From NCBI GenBank assembly GCA_029564765.1, contig JAKQPK010000013.1, positions 219,164 to 283,163 on the forward strand: a stretch of DNA of 64,000 nt. The letters run 5' to 3'. How positions within the stretch are numbered: the stretch's first letter is position 1; the number at the start of each line of letters is the position of its first letter. A program made the translations under genes and the position numbers. The DNA is from Candidatus Omnitrophota bacterium (lineage in GTDB: Bacteria; Omnitrophota; Gorgyraeia; Zapsychrales; Aceulaceae). Positions 10,336 to 20,652 of this stretch are shown here, piece by piece. Below the pieces are notes generated by a model. The model was not told the origin of the DNA and did no database searches. It worked only from the letters and a program-made list of their open reading frames with translations.

Positions 10336-12062
10336 TCAAAAAAGTTTATCTGATCGGGAATCCCAATGTTGGCAAGAGCGCGGTTTTTTCAAGGCTGACC
10401 GGTGTTCATGTCATGTCTTCGAATTATCCGGGGACAACCGTTGAGATCAGCCGCGGCTTGCTGACCGTAGGCGAGCAGCGAGTGGATGTTGTTGATCTTC
10501 CCGGGACATATTCCCTGGAGCCGACATCGCGTGCGGAAGAAGTCGCGGTGTCTTTGTTGAATGAACATCCCCAGAATGAGATCGCGGTCGTGAATATTCT
10601 AGACGCGACCAATCTTGAGCGTAATCTGTTCTTGACGCTTCAGCTTCTGGAAAAGGGATTTTCCGTGATCGTTTGCCTGAACATGTGCGATGACGCGGTA
10701 CACCGAGGAGTACATATTGACACGCGCAAATTAGAAGATATTCTACAGGTTCCGGTTGTCGCGACGTGCGCGATCGCTGGTACCGGCATTAAAGATCTGG
10801 TGGCAAGGATCGTCGAGACCGCAGCCCGTCCACGCGTCTCCTTGAATTTTCAGGATCGATGGGCGGAGATCGGCAGGATCGTCGAGAACGTTCAGCGCTT
10901 AGAGCATCGGCATCATACTCTTCGCGAAATGCTTGAAGATGCGTCAGTCAAGCCTTTGACCGGCCTTGTGATGGCGGGGGCTGTTATCTATGCGTCATTT
11001 AAGGTCGTGCGTTTTATCGGTGAAGGCATCATTACTTACATCACGGACCCATTTTTTATCAATATCTATCAACCTTTGCTGGAAAAAATGACAAGCGGCT
11101 GGCAGCCGGGGAGTTTTCTTTTTCATCTTCTCATCGGTGATTTGATCGATGGGGGGATCGATTTTAAACAATCTTTGGGTGTTCTGACAACCGCGCCGTA
11201 TATCGAGTTTGGCATGGTCTTGCCCTATGTCATCGCGTTCTATCTGATCTTAAGTCTTTTGGAGGATGTTGGCTATTTGCCGCGGTTGGCCATATTGCTG
11301 GATAATCTTTTGCACCGATTAGGGCTGCATGGATACGCGGTTATTCCGGTATTGCTGGGTTTTGGCTGTAATGTGCCAGGCATTCTATCGACGCGCGTCC
11401 TTGAATCAAAAAGAGAAAGGTTCATCGCGGCGACTTTGATCTCGATCGGAGTTCCTTGTGTTCCTTTGCAGGCCATGATCTTTGGACTTTTAGGTGTTTT
11501 TGGCGGATTCTACGTTGCTGGCGTTTACCTTGTCCTTTTTTCTTTGATCATTATCTTGGGGCTCATCCTGAATCGCTTGATGCCGGGATATAGCCCTGAA
11601 TTCTTGCTGGAGATCCCGCCATACCGATTTCCGCCGCTATGGATGCTCGCGCAAAAATTATACTTTCGCATCAAAGGCTTTATCGTTGAGGCGGTTCCTG
11701 TCGTGCTGATCGGCGTCTTTATTATTAACATCCTTTTGTTCGTCCAGGCATTTGATCTTGCGGCAGGGATCTTCGCGCCGATCGTTCATGGACTTTTTGG
11801 CCTGCCTCAAGAATCCATCATCGCTCTTGTGATTGGGTTTTTCCGCAAAGACGTTGCTGTAGGGTTGTTAATGCCGCTAGATCTTTCCGCCAAGCAGCTT
11901 TTTATTGCGTCGACACTTTTAGCGATATCTTTTCCATGCGTGGCAACGTTTATCGTTCTGTGGAAAGAGCTTGGAGTCAAAGATGTCATCAAAGCAACGC
12001 TTTTAATGATCGGCGTCAGCCTGATCGTCGGAACGTTGTTAAATTTTGTTATCCTTTCCTAA
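10332..12062 (+). CDS. feoB: Ferrous iron transporter FeoB (G-domain + membrane permease, short form)
   Basis: G1 GNPNVGKS, G3 DLPG, NxxD, and a polytopic C-terminal Gate-like membrane domain. Confidence 0.9.
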   Translation: MIKKVYLIGNPNVGKSAVFSRLTGVHVMSSNYPGTTVEISRGLLTVGEQRVDVVDLPGTYSLEPTSRAEEVAVSLLNEHPQNEIAVVNILDATNLERNLFLTLQLLEKGFSVIVCLNMCDDAVHRGVHIDTRKLEDILQVPVVATCAIAGTGIKDLVARIVETAARPRVSLNFQDRWAEIGRIVENVQRLEHRHHTLREMLEDASVKPLTGLVMAGAVIYASFKVVRFIGEGIITYITDPFFINIYQPLLEKMTSGWQPGSFLFHLLIGDLIDGGIDFKQSLGVLTTAPYIEFGMVLPYVIAFYLILSLLEDVGYLPRLAILLDNLLHRLGLHGYAVIPVLLGFGCNVPGILSTRVLESKRERFIAATLISIGVPCVPLQAMIFGLLGVFGGFYVAGVYLVLFSLIIILGLILNRLMPGYSPEFLLEIPPYRFPPLWMLAQKLYFRIKGFIVEAVPVVLIGVFIINILLFVQAFDLAAGIFAPIVHGLFGLPQESIIALVIGFFRKDVAVGLLMPLDLSAKQLFIASTLLAISFPCVATFIVLWKELGVKDVIKATLLMIGVSLIVGTLLNFVILS

Positions 12063-13198
12063 TGATAACCCGCTTGATCTGCGCAGAGTGCCCTAACGGA
12101 TGCAATCTTTCTTTAGAGTGGAAAGATGCTGTTTCCGTTGTCGTTAGCGATAATCAATGCAGCCGCGGCATTGGATACGCGGCGCGCATACTTTGCAGAG
12201 AGAAAGATGTTCACATCGAAGCCAAAGAAAAGACAGCCCATTTTAGCCAAGAAGCGATCGCTGAGATCCTGAAAAGCTGGAACATCCCTCTTTCTCGGGT
12301 GCGTTACGATATCCCGATCCAAGGAAGCCCTGAGCGCAGTCTTTTTCGGGTCGTGATCGAGAATGCCGATAAAGAACTTTTTGTCCTTGAGCAGATCGCT
12401 ATTAAAAATCTTGATGCTAGGCGTCGGATCGCTAAGACCCTTGATCTTTTAAGCCAGAAAAAGATCTCCCAGCTTAATCCTTATTTGAAGAATATTTCTC
12501 AGGAGCATTTAACGCAGCACAGGGCGACATTCTGGCAGGTGGCTCCTTTTGTTCAGGGGGTCGCGCTTGAAAGAGAAAAGTATATGCTCGACAGCTGGCG
12601 GGGAAAAGCGCTGGCTGAGTTCTTGATCGATTTGCGACAGGCGGGTGAGATCCCATTTTTTAACACGAAGAAAGTTTTTTCTCTTAAAAGTTATATCCAT
12701 AAATTGGTCCGCAATATCGCAACATATAAAGGTGATGTTCTTTCTGATGTCAAGGATATCGTTGATCTTCTGGAAAAAGATTTTCTGACCCAGGATGAAA
12801 GACTGCCAATCGTTTTTTGTCACGGCGATTATCATCCAATGAACATGATTTGGGGCAATGACCGAATCGCGTGTGTCATTGATTGGGAATTCTCCGGATA
12901 TAAGAACGAAATTTATGATATGGCAAACCTGATCGGGTGTGTGGGTGTTGAAAACCCTCAAGGCTTGTCCGCAGGGCTTGTGATGTCTTTTGTCCGGAGA
13001 ATGCAAGAAGTGAGGATCATTTCTGCGGCTGGCTGGCATTATCTAGTTGATTGCGTTCTTGCCCTTCGATTCGCATGGCTGTCTGAGTGGCTGCGTCGTA
13101 GTGATAAAGAGATGACCGATCTTGAGCTTGATTATATGCATCTGTTGATAGAGAATAGAGAAGACCTAAAAAAGTATTGGGATGTTAAAGGAGCTTGA
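12062..13198 (+). CDS. APH/choline-kinase-like phosphotransferase with an N-terminal Cys-rich motif
   Basis: Kinase-fold motifs [14 protein letters not shown] and IDWEFSG. N-terminal CAECPNGC. Start ATG overlaps the feoB stop (TAATG). The ORF-track start inside feoB at 11936 is rejected. Confidence 0.6.
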   Translation: MITRLICAECPNGCNLSLEWKDAVSVVVSDNQCSRGIGYAARILCREKDVHIEAKEKTAHFSQEAIAEILKSWNIPLSRVRYDIPIQGSPERSLFRVVIENADKELFVLEQIAIKNLDARRRIAKTLDLLSQKKISQLNPYLKNISQEHLTQHRATFWQVAPFVQGVALEREKYMLDSWRGKALAEFLIDLRQAGEIPFFNTKKVFSLKSYIHKLVRNIATYKGDVLSDVKDIVDLLEKDFLTQDERLPIVFCHGDYHPMNMIWGNDRIACVIDWEFSGYKNEIYDMANLIGCVGVENPQGLSAGLVMSFVRRMQEVRIISAAGWHYLVDCVLALRFAWLSEWLRRSDKEMTDLELDYMHLLIENREDLKKYWDVKGA

Positions 13199-13235
13199 CG
13201 TGATCCAGTGTCGGATAATAGCGCAAAAGTTTTTT

Positions 13236-14294
13236 ATGGGAATGATGATCGTGGGGGTGTTTATGGCTCAGGTAGTATTTGCGCAGAATGAAAAAGCGAC
13301 TGCAACTTTTGCTGGCGGGTGCTTTTGGTGTACAGAGCAAGCGTTTAGCGGCTTAAGGGGCGTTGTGTCAGTAATATCAGGCTACACAGGAGGGGCCTTG
13401 CAGGATCCCTCCTACGAGCAGGTTTCCAGCGGACGGACGGGTCATCGTGAAGCGGTCGAGATCGTTTTTGACCCTTCTCAGGTTGGCTACGCTCAGCTGC
13501 TGGATGTTTTCTTGAAGAGCATTGATCCGACGGATCGCGTGGGTCAGTTTGCAGATAAAGGGGACCAATACAAAGCCGTGATCTTTTATCATGACGAAGA
13601 GCAGAAAATGATGGCTGAAAGCGCTTTGAAAGCTTTGGAAGACATGAAGATCTTTTCAAAGCCTATCGTGGTCGATGTTTTGCCTGCGCGGAGATTTTAT
13701 CCAGCTGAAGAATATCATCAGGATTACTACCAAAAAAACGCTACGCACTACAATGCGTACAAAAAAGGTTCAGGACGAGAAAGTTTTTTGAGAAAAACTT
13801 GGGGTGACCGAGAGGACATTCCTATTTGCCCGATCCGTCCAAGATCCAAGACCATTCCTGCGCAACCAATCAAAGAAGGCCTAAAAGAGAAGCTCACGCC
13901 TGAGCAGTATCGCGTCACGCAAGAGTGCGGGACAGAAACACCGTTTGCCAACGCGTATTGGGACAATAAAAAACCAGGGATCTATGTGGATATTGTTTCC
14001 GGAGAGCCTCTTTTTCTTTCGCTCGATAAATTTGATTCCGGCACTGGATGGCCGAGCTTTTCTAAGCCGGTTGATCCGTCTAACATCGTCGAGAGAAAGG
14101 ATGTTTCGCATGGAATGGTTCGCACTGAGGTTCGCAGTAAAAAAGGGAATTCGCATTTAGGCCATGTGTTCGAGGATGGGCCAGGACCTTCGGGTTTGCG
14201 GTTTTGCATCAACTCTGCCGCCTTGCGGTTTATCCCTAAAAATGATATGGAAGCCCAAGGATATGGCGAGTATTTAAAATATTTTAAGGATTGA
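13236..14294 (+). CDS. msrAB: Bifunctional peptide methionine sulfoxide reductase MsrA-MsrB with a signal peptide
   Basis: MsrA GCFWC active site. MsrB CGTETPF...GWPSF...HLGHVF with two CxxC pairs. N-terminal hydrophobic signal. Confidence 0.9.
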   Translation: MGMMIVGVFMAQVVFAQNEKATATFAGGCFWCTEQAFSGLRGVVSVISGYTGGALQDPSYEQVSSGRTGHREAVEIVFDPSQVGYAQLLDVFLKSIDPTDRVGQFADKGDQYKAVIFYHDEEQKMMAESALKALEDMKIFSKPIVVDVLPARRFYPAEEYHQDYYQKNATHYNAYKKGSGRESFLRKTWGDREDIPICPIRPRSKTIPAQPIKEGLKEKLTPEQYRVTQECGTETPFANAYWDNKKPGIYVDIVSGEPLFLSLDKFDSGTGWPSFSKPVDPSNIVERKDVSHGMVRTEVRSKKGNSHLGHVFEDGPGPSGLRFCINSAALRFIPKNDMEAQGYGEYLKYFKD

Positions 14295-14297
14295 TGT

Positions 14298-14609
14298 ATG
14301 AAAAAAAGGGCTATCAAGAAAGCCAAGAAGAGAGTTAATAAAAAAACACAAGGCGACTGGAAGGTCTACATCCTTGAAACGGATAAAGATCAGCTGTATA
14401 CTGGCATCACGAATAATCTCGAGAAGCGGCTTGCTACGCATAAAAAAGGAAAAGGGGCTTTGTTCACAAAATTTTTTGGCGTTAAGGCGCTTTTGTACGC
14501 GGAAGACCAGCCAACCCGATCGGCAGCGCTTAAGCGTGAGCATGAGATCAAGACCTGGCCTCGGGCCAAGAAACTTGAATTGATCCAAACACATAAAGAA
14601 GGGGAATGA
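14298..14609 (+). CDS. GIY-YIG nuclease superfamily protein (UPF0213/YhbQ-like)
   Basis: KVYILETDKDQLYTGITNNLEKRL..H motif of the GIY-YIG catalytic core, about 100 aa. Confidence 0.75.
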   Translation: MKKRAIKKAKKRVNKKTQGDWKVYILETDKDQLYTGITNNLEKRLATHKKGKGALFTKFFGVKALLYAEDQPTRSAALKREHEIKTWPRAKKLELIQTHKEGE

Positions 14610-14610
14610 T

Positions 14611-14817
14611 ATGCCTGTTGTGACCATTGAAGGGCCGAAACTTGATCTTGAAACCAAAAGAGTCCTCGTCAAGGATGTTACCGACGCGCTTGAAAAGGCG
14701 TATCGATTTCCGCGCCACGTGTATGGTATTATCATCCGCGAGAATGCTCCTGAGAATGTCGCTAACGGCGGGGAGCTGGTCCTTGATCGTAAGAATCGCC
14801 AGAAAACGTCTGCCTAA
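14611..14817 (+). CDS. 4-oxalocrotonate tautomerase family protein
   Basis: MPVVTIEG... with Pro1 after Met, 68 aa, beta-alpha-beta tautomerase signature. Confidence 0.65.
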   Translation: MPVVTIEGPKLDLETKRVLVKDVTDALEKAYRFPRHVYGIIIRENAPENVANGGELVLDRKNRQKTSA

Positions 14818-14997
14818 TTATTAGGCAATCTCAGCGGAAAATTGATTTTTAAAGCTTGTGCGAAAAAAAGTTTATGCTACAATGGCTTAAATTATTTGGA
14901 GCATAAAGATTGAGCGTCGTTAAACCTTCCCAAGTTCTGTCCGCTGTCCTTTACCCGAAGATATTCTTTTTTCATTTTTTAAACCAAAGGGGTTACC

Positions 14998-17900
14998 ATG
15001 CCAAGACACAATGATATCAAAAAGATCTTAATTATCGGTTCCGGCCCTATCATTATCGGCCAGGCTTGTGAGTTTGACTATTCAGGAACGCAGGCCTGTA
15101 AGGCTCTTAAAAAAGAAGGGTATGAAGTTGTCCTGGTCAATTCTAATCCGGCGACGATCATGACGGACCCGGGCATGGCGGATAAAACCTATATCGAGCC
15201 TTTAACGATCGAATCGCTGGAAAAGATCATTGCTAAGGAACGGCCGGACGCGCTTTTGCCTAATCTTGGCGGCCAGACAGGTTTAAATCTTTCTTCCAGC
15301 TTGCATAAAGCTGGCATCCTTGAGAAATACGGTGTTAAGATCATCGGCGTCAAAGCGGATGCCATCGAGCGCGGTGAAGATCGGGATATTTTTAAAGCGA
15401 CTATGAAAAAGCTCGGCATTCCTGTGCCTCGTTCAGAGATCGCGGAATCCGTGGAGCAGGCGGAAAAGATCGCTCAAGATATCGGCTATCCGGTCGTTGT
15501 TCGCCCAGCCTACACGATGGGCGGAACAGGCGGGGGTATCGTTTATAATGTTGAAGAATTGCGTACCGTGGCTTTGCGAGGGCTGACGGTCAGCATCGCC
15601 CGGCAGATCTTGATCGAGGAAGCGGTTGTTGGATGGGAAGAGCTTGAGCTGGAAGTTGTCCGCGATGAAAAGGATCAGAAGATCACAGTGTGTTTTATTG
15701 AGAATATTGACGCGATGGGCGTGCATACAGGGGATAGTTTTTGCGCAGCGCCGATGTTGACAGTTCCAGTTGAGCTGCAAAAGAAACTTCAAGATTTCTC
15801 TTATAAGATCGTTGACGCGATCGGGGTTGTGGGCGGGACGAACGTGCAGTTCGCGCACAACAAAAAAGATGGCCGCGTGGTCGTTATTGAGATCAATCCT
15901 CGCACGTCACGCTCCTCCGCCTTGGCCTCAAAGGCGACAGGGTTTCCGATCGCGATGGTGTCGACGCGTTTGGCGGCCGGATTTACGATGGATGAGATCC
16001 CATATTGGCGTGATGGAACTTTAGAAAAATATACGCCCAGCGGAGAGTACGTTGTTATCAAATTTGCCCGGTGGGCTTTTGAAAAATTTCCTCAGGCTAA
16101 GGATGTCTTGGGAACACAGATGAAAGCTGTGGGAGAGGTCATGAGCATTGGCAAGACCTTTAAGGAGGCTTTCCAGAAAGCGATCCGCTCTTTGGAGATC
16201 GGGCGCCATGGATTAGGCGGCGCGAAGAATTTCGGATCATTGTCTTTGCAAGAACTGAAGGAACGCCTGCGTGTTCCGTCAAGCGAGCGTATCTTTTTGA
16301 TGTATGAAGCCTTACGCAAAGGGATGAGCGTTACCGATCTGCATGCGATGACGCATATCGGTGAGTGGTTCATTCAGCAGATGAAAGATCTTGTTGACCT
16401 CGAAGAGATGATGTTAAAAACGCCTTGGGAGAAATTTTCCGACCAAGACCTTGTCAAGGCGAAAGAGTGGGGCTTTGCTGATCGCTATTTGGCTGGATTG
16501 TTCAAGATCAAGGAAAAGGATGTGCGCGTCCGGCGTGTTGGGTTAGGCAAGATCGCCCGTTATGAAGCGGTCCACGTCAGCGGCGTTGAGAATGCGGCGT
16601 ATTATTATTCGACATATAGCGCAGGCCCAGACGAGGTCAAGGTTTCCGGTAAAAAGAAGATCATGATCTTAGGCGGTGGGCCCAATCGTATCGGGCAGGG
16701 GATCGAGTTCGATTATACCTGTGTGCACGCGGCCTTCGCGCTGCGCGAAGCTGGATATGAAACGATCATGGTCAACTGCAACCCTGAAACCGTTTCTACG
16801 GATTACGATACATCGGATAAGCTTTATTTTGAACCTTTGACGGTCGAAGATGTTCTGGCGATCTATGAAAAAGAAAAGCCTGAGGGCGTGATCGTTCAGT
16901 TTGGCGGGCAAACGCCGTTGAATATCGCGGCTCAACTGAAAGAGCATGGCGTTAACATTTTAGGTACAACGCCGGAGAGTATCGCGTTCGCGGAGGACCG
17001 TGAACTTTTTCGCCAGAAAATGATCGACCTTAAGATCCCTCAGCCGGAAAGTGATATCGCCCGTTCGCTGGAAGACGCGCTTTCGATCGCGCAGCGCATC
17101 GGCTATCCTTTGATGGTGAGGCCATCGTTTGTTTTAGGCGGGCGAGGTATGGAGATCATCTATGATGAGAAAATGCTGCGCAAATACGCCTTGGAAGCTA
17201 TTAAGGTCAGCCCTGAGCATCCGATGCTGATCGATCGTTTTTTAGAGCAGGCGTTAGAGTGCGAAGTTGACGCGCTGTGCGACGGGAAAGAAACATTTAT
17301 CCCAACGGTCATGGAGCACATTGAGTGGGCTGGCGTGCATTCTGGTGATTCCGCGTGTTCTATCCCCAGCCGCAATATCAGCGCTAAACATATTGAAGAT
17401 ATCAATAGGTACACGGATCTGTTAGCGCGCGCGTTGAATGTGATCGGTATCATTAACGTTCAATACGCTATTTGTGATGATAAAGTGTATGTCTTGGAGG
17501 CGAATCCGCGGGCATCACGCACTGTGCCGATCGTTTCCAAGGTCATGGGTATCCCGATCGCGCGTTTAGCCACATTTTTGATGCTGGGACGGGCGCTAAA
17601 GGATTTTCCTCAGACCAAGAACGCCAAGGCACCATTCTTTGGTGTTAAAGAAGCGGTATTTCCTTTTAATATGTTCCCAGAAGTAGACCCTTTGCTAGGC
17701 CCAGAAATGCGCGCGACCGGCGAGGTCATGGGTATCGGTGATACCTTTGGCGCGGCCTTTTATAAAGCGCAAGAGGCGACAGGGGCCAAGTTGCCTTTGG
17801 AGGGAAATGTATTGCTGACGGTCGCGGATAAAGATAAGAAAATGTTGCTGCCAATCGCGCAAAAGATCCACCAGGCAGGATTAAAGATTTATGCCACTAA

Positions 17901-18201
17901 AGGAACAAATGAGCTTTTGACCAAGAACAAGATCCCGAATGTGCTGATCCAGAAGGTGCATGAAGGTCAGCCCAATATTGCGGATGCCATTAAGAATAAT
18001 CAGCTGCAGCTTATTATTAATACGCCGGCAGGTAGGGATAGCAAATTTGATGACAGTTATATTCGCATGATGGCAATTCAGCGCAAGATCCCTTATGTAA
18101 CGTCTATGGCTGCCGCGCAAGCGACTGTTGACGGGATCGCGGCGATGCGGCAGGGTCAAAACGCGCCCAAAGCGCTTCAGGAATACCATCAGGCATCGTA
18201 A
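14998..18201 (+). CDS. carB: Carbamoyl-phosphate synthase large subunit
   Basis: 1067 aa with duplicated ATP-grasp halves. N-terminal KKILIIGSGPIIIGQACEFDYSG, second KKIMILGGGPNRIGQGIEFDY, and a MGS-like C-terminus. Confidence 0.97.
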   Translation: MPRHNDIKKILIIGSGPIIIGQACEFDYSGTQACKALKKEGYEVVLVNSNPATIMTDPGMADKTYIEPLTIESLEKIIAKERPDALLPNLGGQTGLNLSSSLHKAGILEKYGVKIIGVKADAIERGEDRDIFKATMKKLGIPVPRSEIAESVEQAEKIAQDIGYPVVVRPAYTMGGTGGGIVYNVEELRTVALRGLTVSIARQILIEEAVVGWEELELEVVRDEKDQKITVCFIENIDAMGVHTGDSFCAAPMLTVPVELQKKLQDFSYKIVDAIGVVGGTNVQFAHNKKDGRVVVIEINPRTSRSSALASKATGFPIAMVSTRLAAGFTMDEIPYWRDGTLEKYTPSGEYVVIKFARWAFEKFPQAKDVLGTQMKAVGEVMSIGKTFKEAFQKAIRSLEIGRHGLGGAKNFGSLSLQELKERLRVPSSERIFLMYEALRKGMSVTDLHAMTHIGEWFIQQMKDLVDLEEMMLKTPWEKFSDQDLVKAKEWGFADRYLAGLFKIKEKDVRVRRVGLGKIARYEAVHVSGVENAAYYYSTYSAGPDEVKVSGKKKIMILGGGPNRIGQGIEFDYTCVHAAFALREAGYETIMVNCNPETVSTDYDTSDKLYFEPLTVEDVLAIYEKEKPEGVIVQFGGQTPLNIAAQLKEHGVNILGTTPESIAFAEDRELFRQKMIDLKIPQPESDIARSLEDALSIAQRIGYPLMVRPSFVLGGRGMEIIYDEKMLRKYALEAIKVSPEHPMLIDRFLEQALECEVDALCDGKETFIPTVMEHIEWAGVHSGDSACSIPSRNISAKHIEDINRYTDLLARALNVIGIINVQYAICDDKVYVLEANPRASRTVPIVSKVMGIPIARLATFLMLGRALKDFPQTKNAKAPFFGVKEAVFPFNMFPEVDPLLGPEMRATGEVMGIGDTFGAAFYKAQEATGAKLPLEGNVLLTVADKDKKMLLPIAQKIHQAGLKIYATKGTNELLTKNKIPNVLIQKVHEGQPNIADAIKNNQLQLIINTPAGRDSKFDDSYIRMMAIQRKIPYVTSMAAAQATVDGIAAMRQGQNAPKALQEYHQAS

Positions 18202-18222
18202 TCTTTTATTAAGGAGGATGAT

Positions 18223-18825
18223 ATGGCGGTAACGATCTTTATTGCGATCATATTTTTAGCGGTTGTGTTGTTTATCTTTCTCGGATTTCCGATGTGGATG
18301 ATCGTTGATTGCGCGATAGCGTCATCCCGCAAGAATCTTTCCAAGGCTTTGTGGATCGTTTCGATGCTGTTGACTTGGACTCTGGGTGCGATCATCTACG
18401 GATTGTTCGCGTCACGAAAAAAAGCGGCACAATGGACCGCCGGAGCTGTCCTTGCTGTCGGAGTTTTAGGTATTGTTCTTTTTGTTCGTAGTCTTTTTTA
18501 TGTCGCGGACCTGGCAAGCCGTGAGGCGCTCAAAAGAGTTGAGGCGATCCAGGTGGGTGTGCTGACGCAAGAGGACCTTGACCAGCTGAAAACAAGATTG
18601 ACCATCCTTGCCAGGGAAAATCAGGATGGGCAGGGTATGGGCAGGATGCGCGCGTTCAAAGACACTTTAAAGAACATCACGATCACGCAGATCTTTTTAA
18701 AGATGCAGGAAGACGGCACTTTGACGCCAACAGAATATCAGATCTGGATAGAGAAATTTGATACACGAAAAACACAGGACCCCGATGAGCTGAAGGCGTT
18801 CTTGGACGCGAAGGGCTGGCAATAG
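18223..18825 (+). CDS. Membrane protein with a PLDc_N-like N-terminal domain and two SHOCT-like motifs
   Basis: W..IVDC...KALWIVSMLL...GAIIYGLF pattern, second TM, then two G(V/T)LT..E(D/Y) short helical motifs. Confidence 0.5.
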   Translation: MAVTIFIAIIFLAVVLFIFLGFPMWMIVDCAIASSRKNLSKALWIVSMLLTWTLGAIIYGLFASRKKAAQWTAGAVLAVGVLGIVLFVRSLFYVADLASREALKRVEAIQVGVLTQEDLDQLKTRLTILARENQDGQGMGRMRAFKDTLKNITITQIFLKMQEDGTLTPTEYQIWIEKFDTRKTQDPDELKAFLDAKGWQ

Positions 18826-18842
18826 AAAACAAAGAGACTTAA

Positions 18843-18880
18843 GGGCCCCGCAGGATCTCTGCGGGGCCCTTTTTCTTTTT
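18843..18880 (+). terminator. Rho-independent terminator
   Basis: GGGCCCCGCAG-GATCT-CTGCGGGGCCC hairpin followed by TTTTTCTTTTT. Confidence 0.75.
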
Positions 18881-18982
18881 CTGCTGGATTCTAGTACCAT
18901 ATCAGCTGGATCGCGTCAGGACGAGTAAAAGATAGACAGCGTCTTTTTTGTTTGTTAATATGCTTATATTCCAAAGACGCAT

Positions 18983-20635
18983 ATGAGCCATCCAAACACC
19001 TTTCTCGATATCGCGCTTTCGTCCCTGCCAAGGCTGTTATCATGCCTGGATCGCAACCCATTGTCTGCGCATTACGGATGTTTTGATAAGAATTATTGGC
19101 ATTATCGCATCGTTACAGATTTTCCGTCCGCGCCTTTTCAGGCAGGCGTTTATTCTCTGGCGCTTGCCTTCACGCATCCAGCGGACAACAATCCTTATTG
19201 CGATCGTTCTGTTATCAAAGAATATATTGAAGCTGGCTTGCGCTTTTGGGCCAAGCAACAGCACAAAGACGGCAGCTTTGATGAGTGGTACCGTTTTGAA
19301 AGAAGCCATGTCGCGACCGCCTTTACATCCCTTTACATCAGCGAAACCTTATTGATCTTAGATGACCGGCTTGATCCCGGTACGCGCGCGATCGCGATCA
19401 ACGCGCTTCGCAAGTCCTGCCAGTGGTTGTCCAAAAACCAGGACAAGGTTGTCTCCAACCATTCTGTTGGCGCCCTTGTCGCTTTGCAGAATTTCTTTCT
19501 TCTGGCCAATGAAGAGTTCGCCCGCGCAAGCGTTGACGCGCACCTGACCCTTTTAGAGCAGCTGCAAAGCAGTGAGGGATGGTTTGCTGAATACGGCGGG
19601 GCTGATCTAGGATATTTAAGTTTATCCCTTGAATTCCTGACGCGTTTTTATGCCAAGACCCAAGATCCGCGCGCCTTAAAAATGATCTCGCAGGCGCTAT
19701 CTTTTATGAAATATTTTGCCCATCCGGATCAAAGCTATGGCGGGGAGTACGGAGCACGCAATACCAAATACATTTTTCCATTTGGTTTAGTCCGGGCCGC
19801 GGATCATTTATCTGACGCCCAAGGCCTGCTCAGCGCTCTGCTAAGATCGCTCGCCAAGGGCCAGGCGATCACGCCATTGACCGCGGATGACCGCTATGCC
19901 ACATTTTTCTTTTTGCCCAGCTATCTTGATGCTGGATTCTCGCTTGAAGGAGAATTGCTTGATGTCCCAATGCTTAAGAGCTTTGAACAGCACTTTGAAG
20001 CCGCTGGAATTTTCAATAAAAAGAACATCTTATACCACGCGGTCATCAATTACAAAAAAAATGGCGTCAGCAAGATCTTTAGCGCCGACGGTCGGCAGAT
20101 GTTCTCTGACACAGGGTATGTTGCTCAGTTCTTTGATGGCACGGTCGCGGCCTCTCAGTGGCTTGACCCCAAGCGCTCCGTGAGTGTCGATAAGGAAAAC
20201 AATATCACGCGCATAAAGATCCGCTCACCATTTGCCTATACCAGTTTTCATCAAGATCTCGCTTTTTATTCTTTCGCGTTCAAGATCCTTGCGGGGATCA
20301 TTGGGCGCAGCGCTATGTTATCAGAAAAATTGGGGCGGCTGGTCAAACATCTGTTCATCAAAAAGATCAAGACATGTCCGATCATTTTAGAGCGCGAGAT
20401 GGTGATCAGCGAAGAAGGATTGACCGTGCGCGACCATATTGTGAACAGAACAGGCAAAAGACTCTCTAAATTCTTTTTAACATCAGACCTTTCGGTCATG
20501 CACGTGCCGTCATCCAAGCTTTTTGTCTTAGATGATCTGCGCGTGGAGCCCCGTAAGGATCTGGCCCAGGATTTTGATCGCCAGAGAACCGTTACCTGCG
20601 AATACAAGCATTATTTTAACACTGTCAAATTTTAA
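18983..20635 (+). CDS. Hypothetical 550-aa protein, first gene of the rSAM/GT2/AsnB cassette (possibly an alpha-helical toroid polysaccharide-modifying enzyme)
   Basis: No motif I can name with confidence. Co-directional and tightly spaced with the next three genes. Confidence 0.5.
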   Translation: MSHPNTFLDIALSSLPRLLSCLDRNPLSAHYGCFDKNYWHYRIVTDFPSAPFQAGVYSLALAFTHPADNNPYCDRSVIKEYIEAGLRFWAKQQHKDGSFDEWYRFERSHVATAFTSLYISETLLILDDRLDPGTRAIAINALRKSCQWLSKNQDKVVSNHSVGALVALQNFFLLANEEFARASVDAHLTLLEQLQSSEGWFAEYGGADLGYLSLSLEFLTRFYAKTQDPRALKMISQALSFMKYFAHPDQSYGGEYGARNTKYIFPFGLVRAADHLSDAQGLLSALLRSLAKGQAITPLTADDRYATFFFLPSYLDAGFSLEGELLDVPMLKSFEQHFEAAGIFNKKNILYHAVINYKKNGVSKIFSADGRQMFSDTGYVAQFFDGTVAASQWLDPKRSVSVDKENNITRIKIRSPFAYTSFHQDLAFYSFAFKILAGIIGRSAMLSEKLGRLVKHLFIKKIKTCPIILEREMVISEEGLTVRDHIVNRTGKRLSKFFLTSDLSVMHVPSSKLFVLDDLRVEPRKDLAQDFDRQRTVTCEYKHYFNTVKF

Positions 20636-20652
20636 CGTATCAATTAAAGCTT

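Noticed and set aside
11936-12061. Upstream extension of the APH-like kinase ORF overlapping the last 126 nt of feoB
   Set aside because: The extension lies in an alternative frame of feoB with no RBS. The ATG at 12062 overlaps the feoB stop (TAATG), which is the classical coupled arrangement.
14818-14997. 180-nt leader upstream of carB, examined as a possible PyrR/attenuator or riboswitch
   Set aside because: I could not identify a terminator/antiterminator pair or a PyrR-binding hairpin. Only a plausible promoter (TTGTGC…TACAAT) is noted in passing, which is too weak to call.
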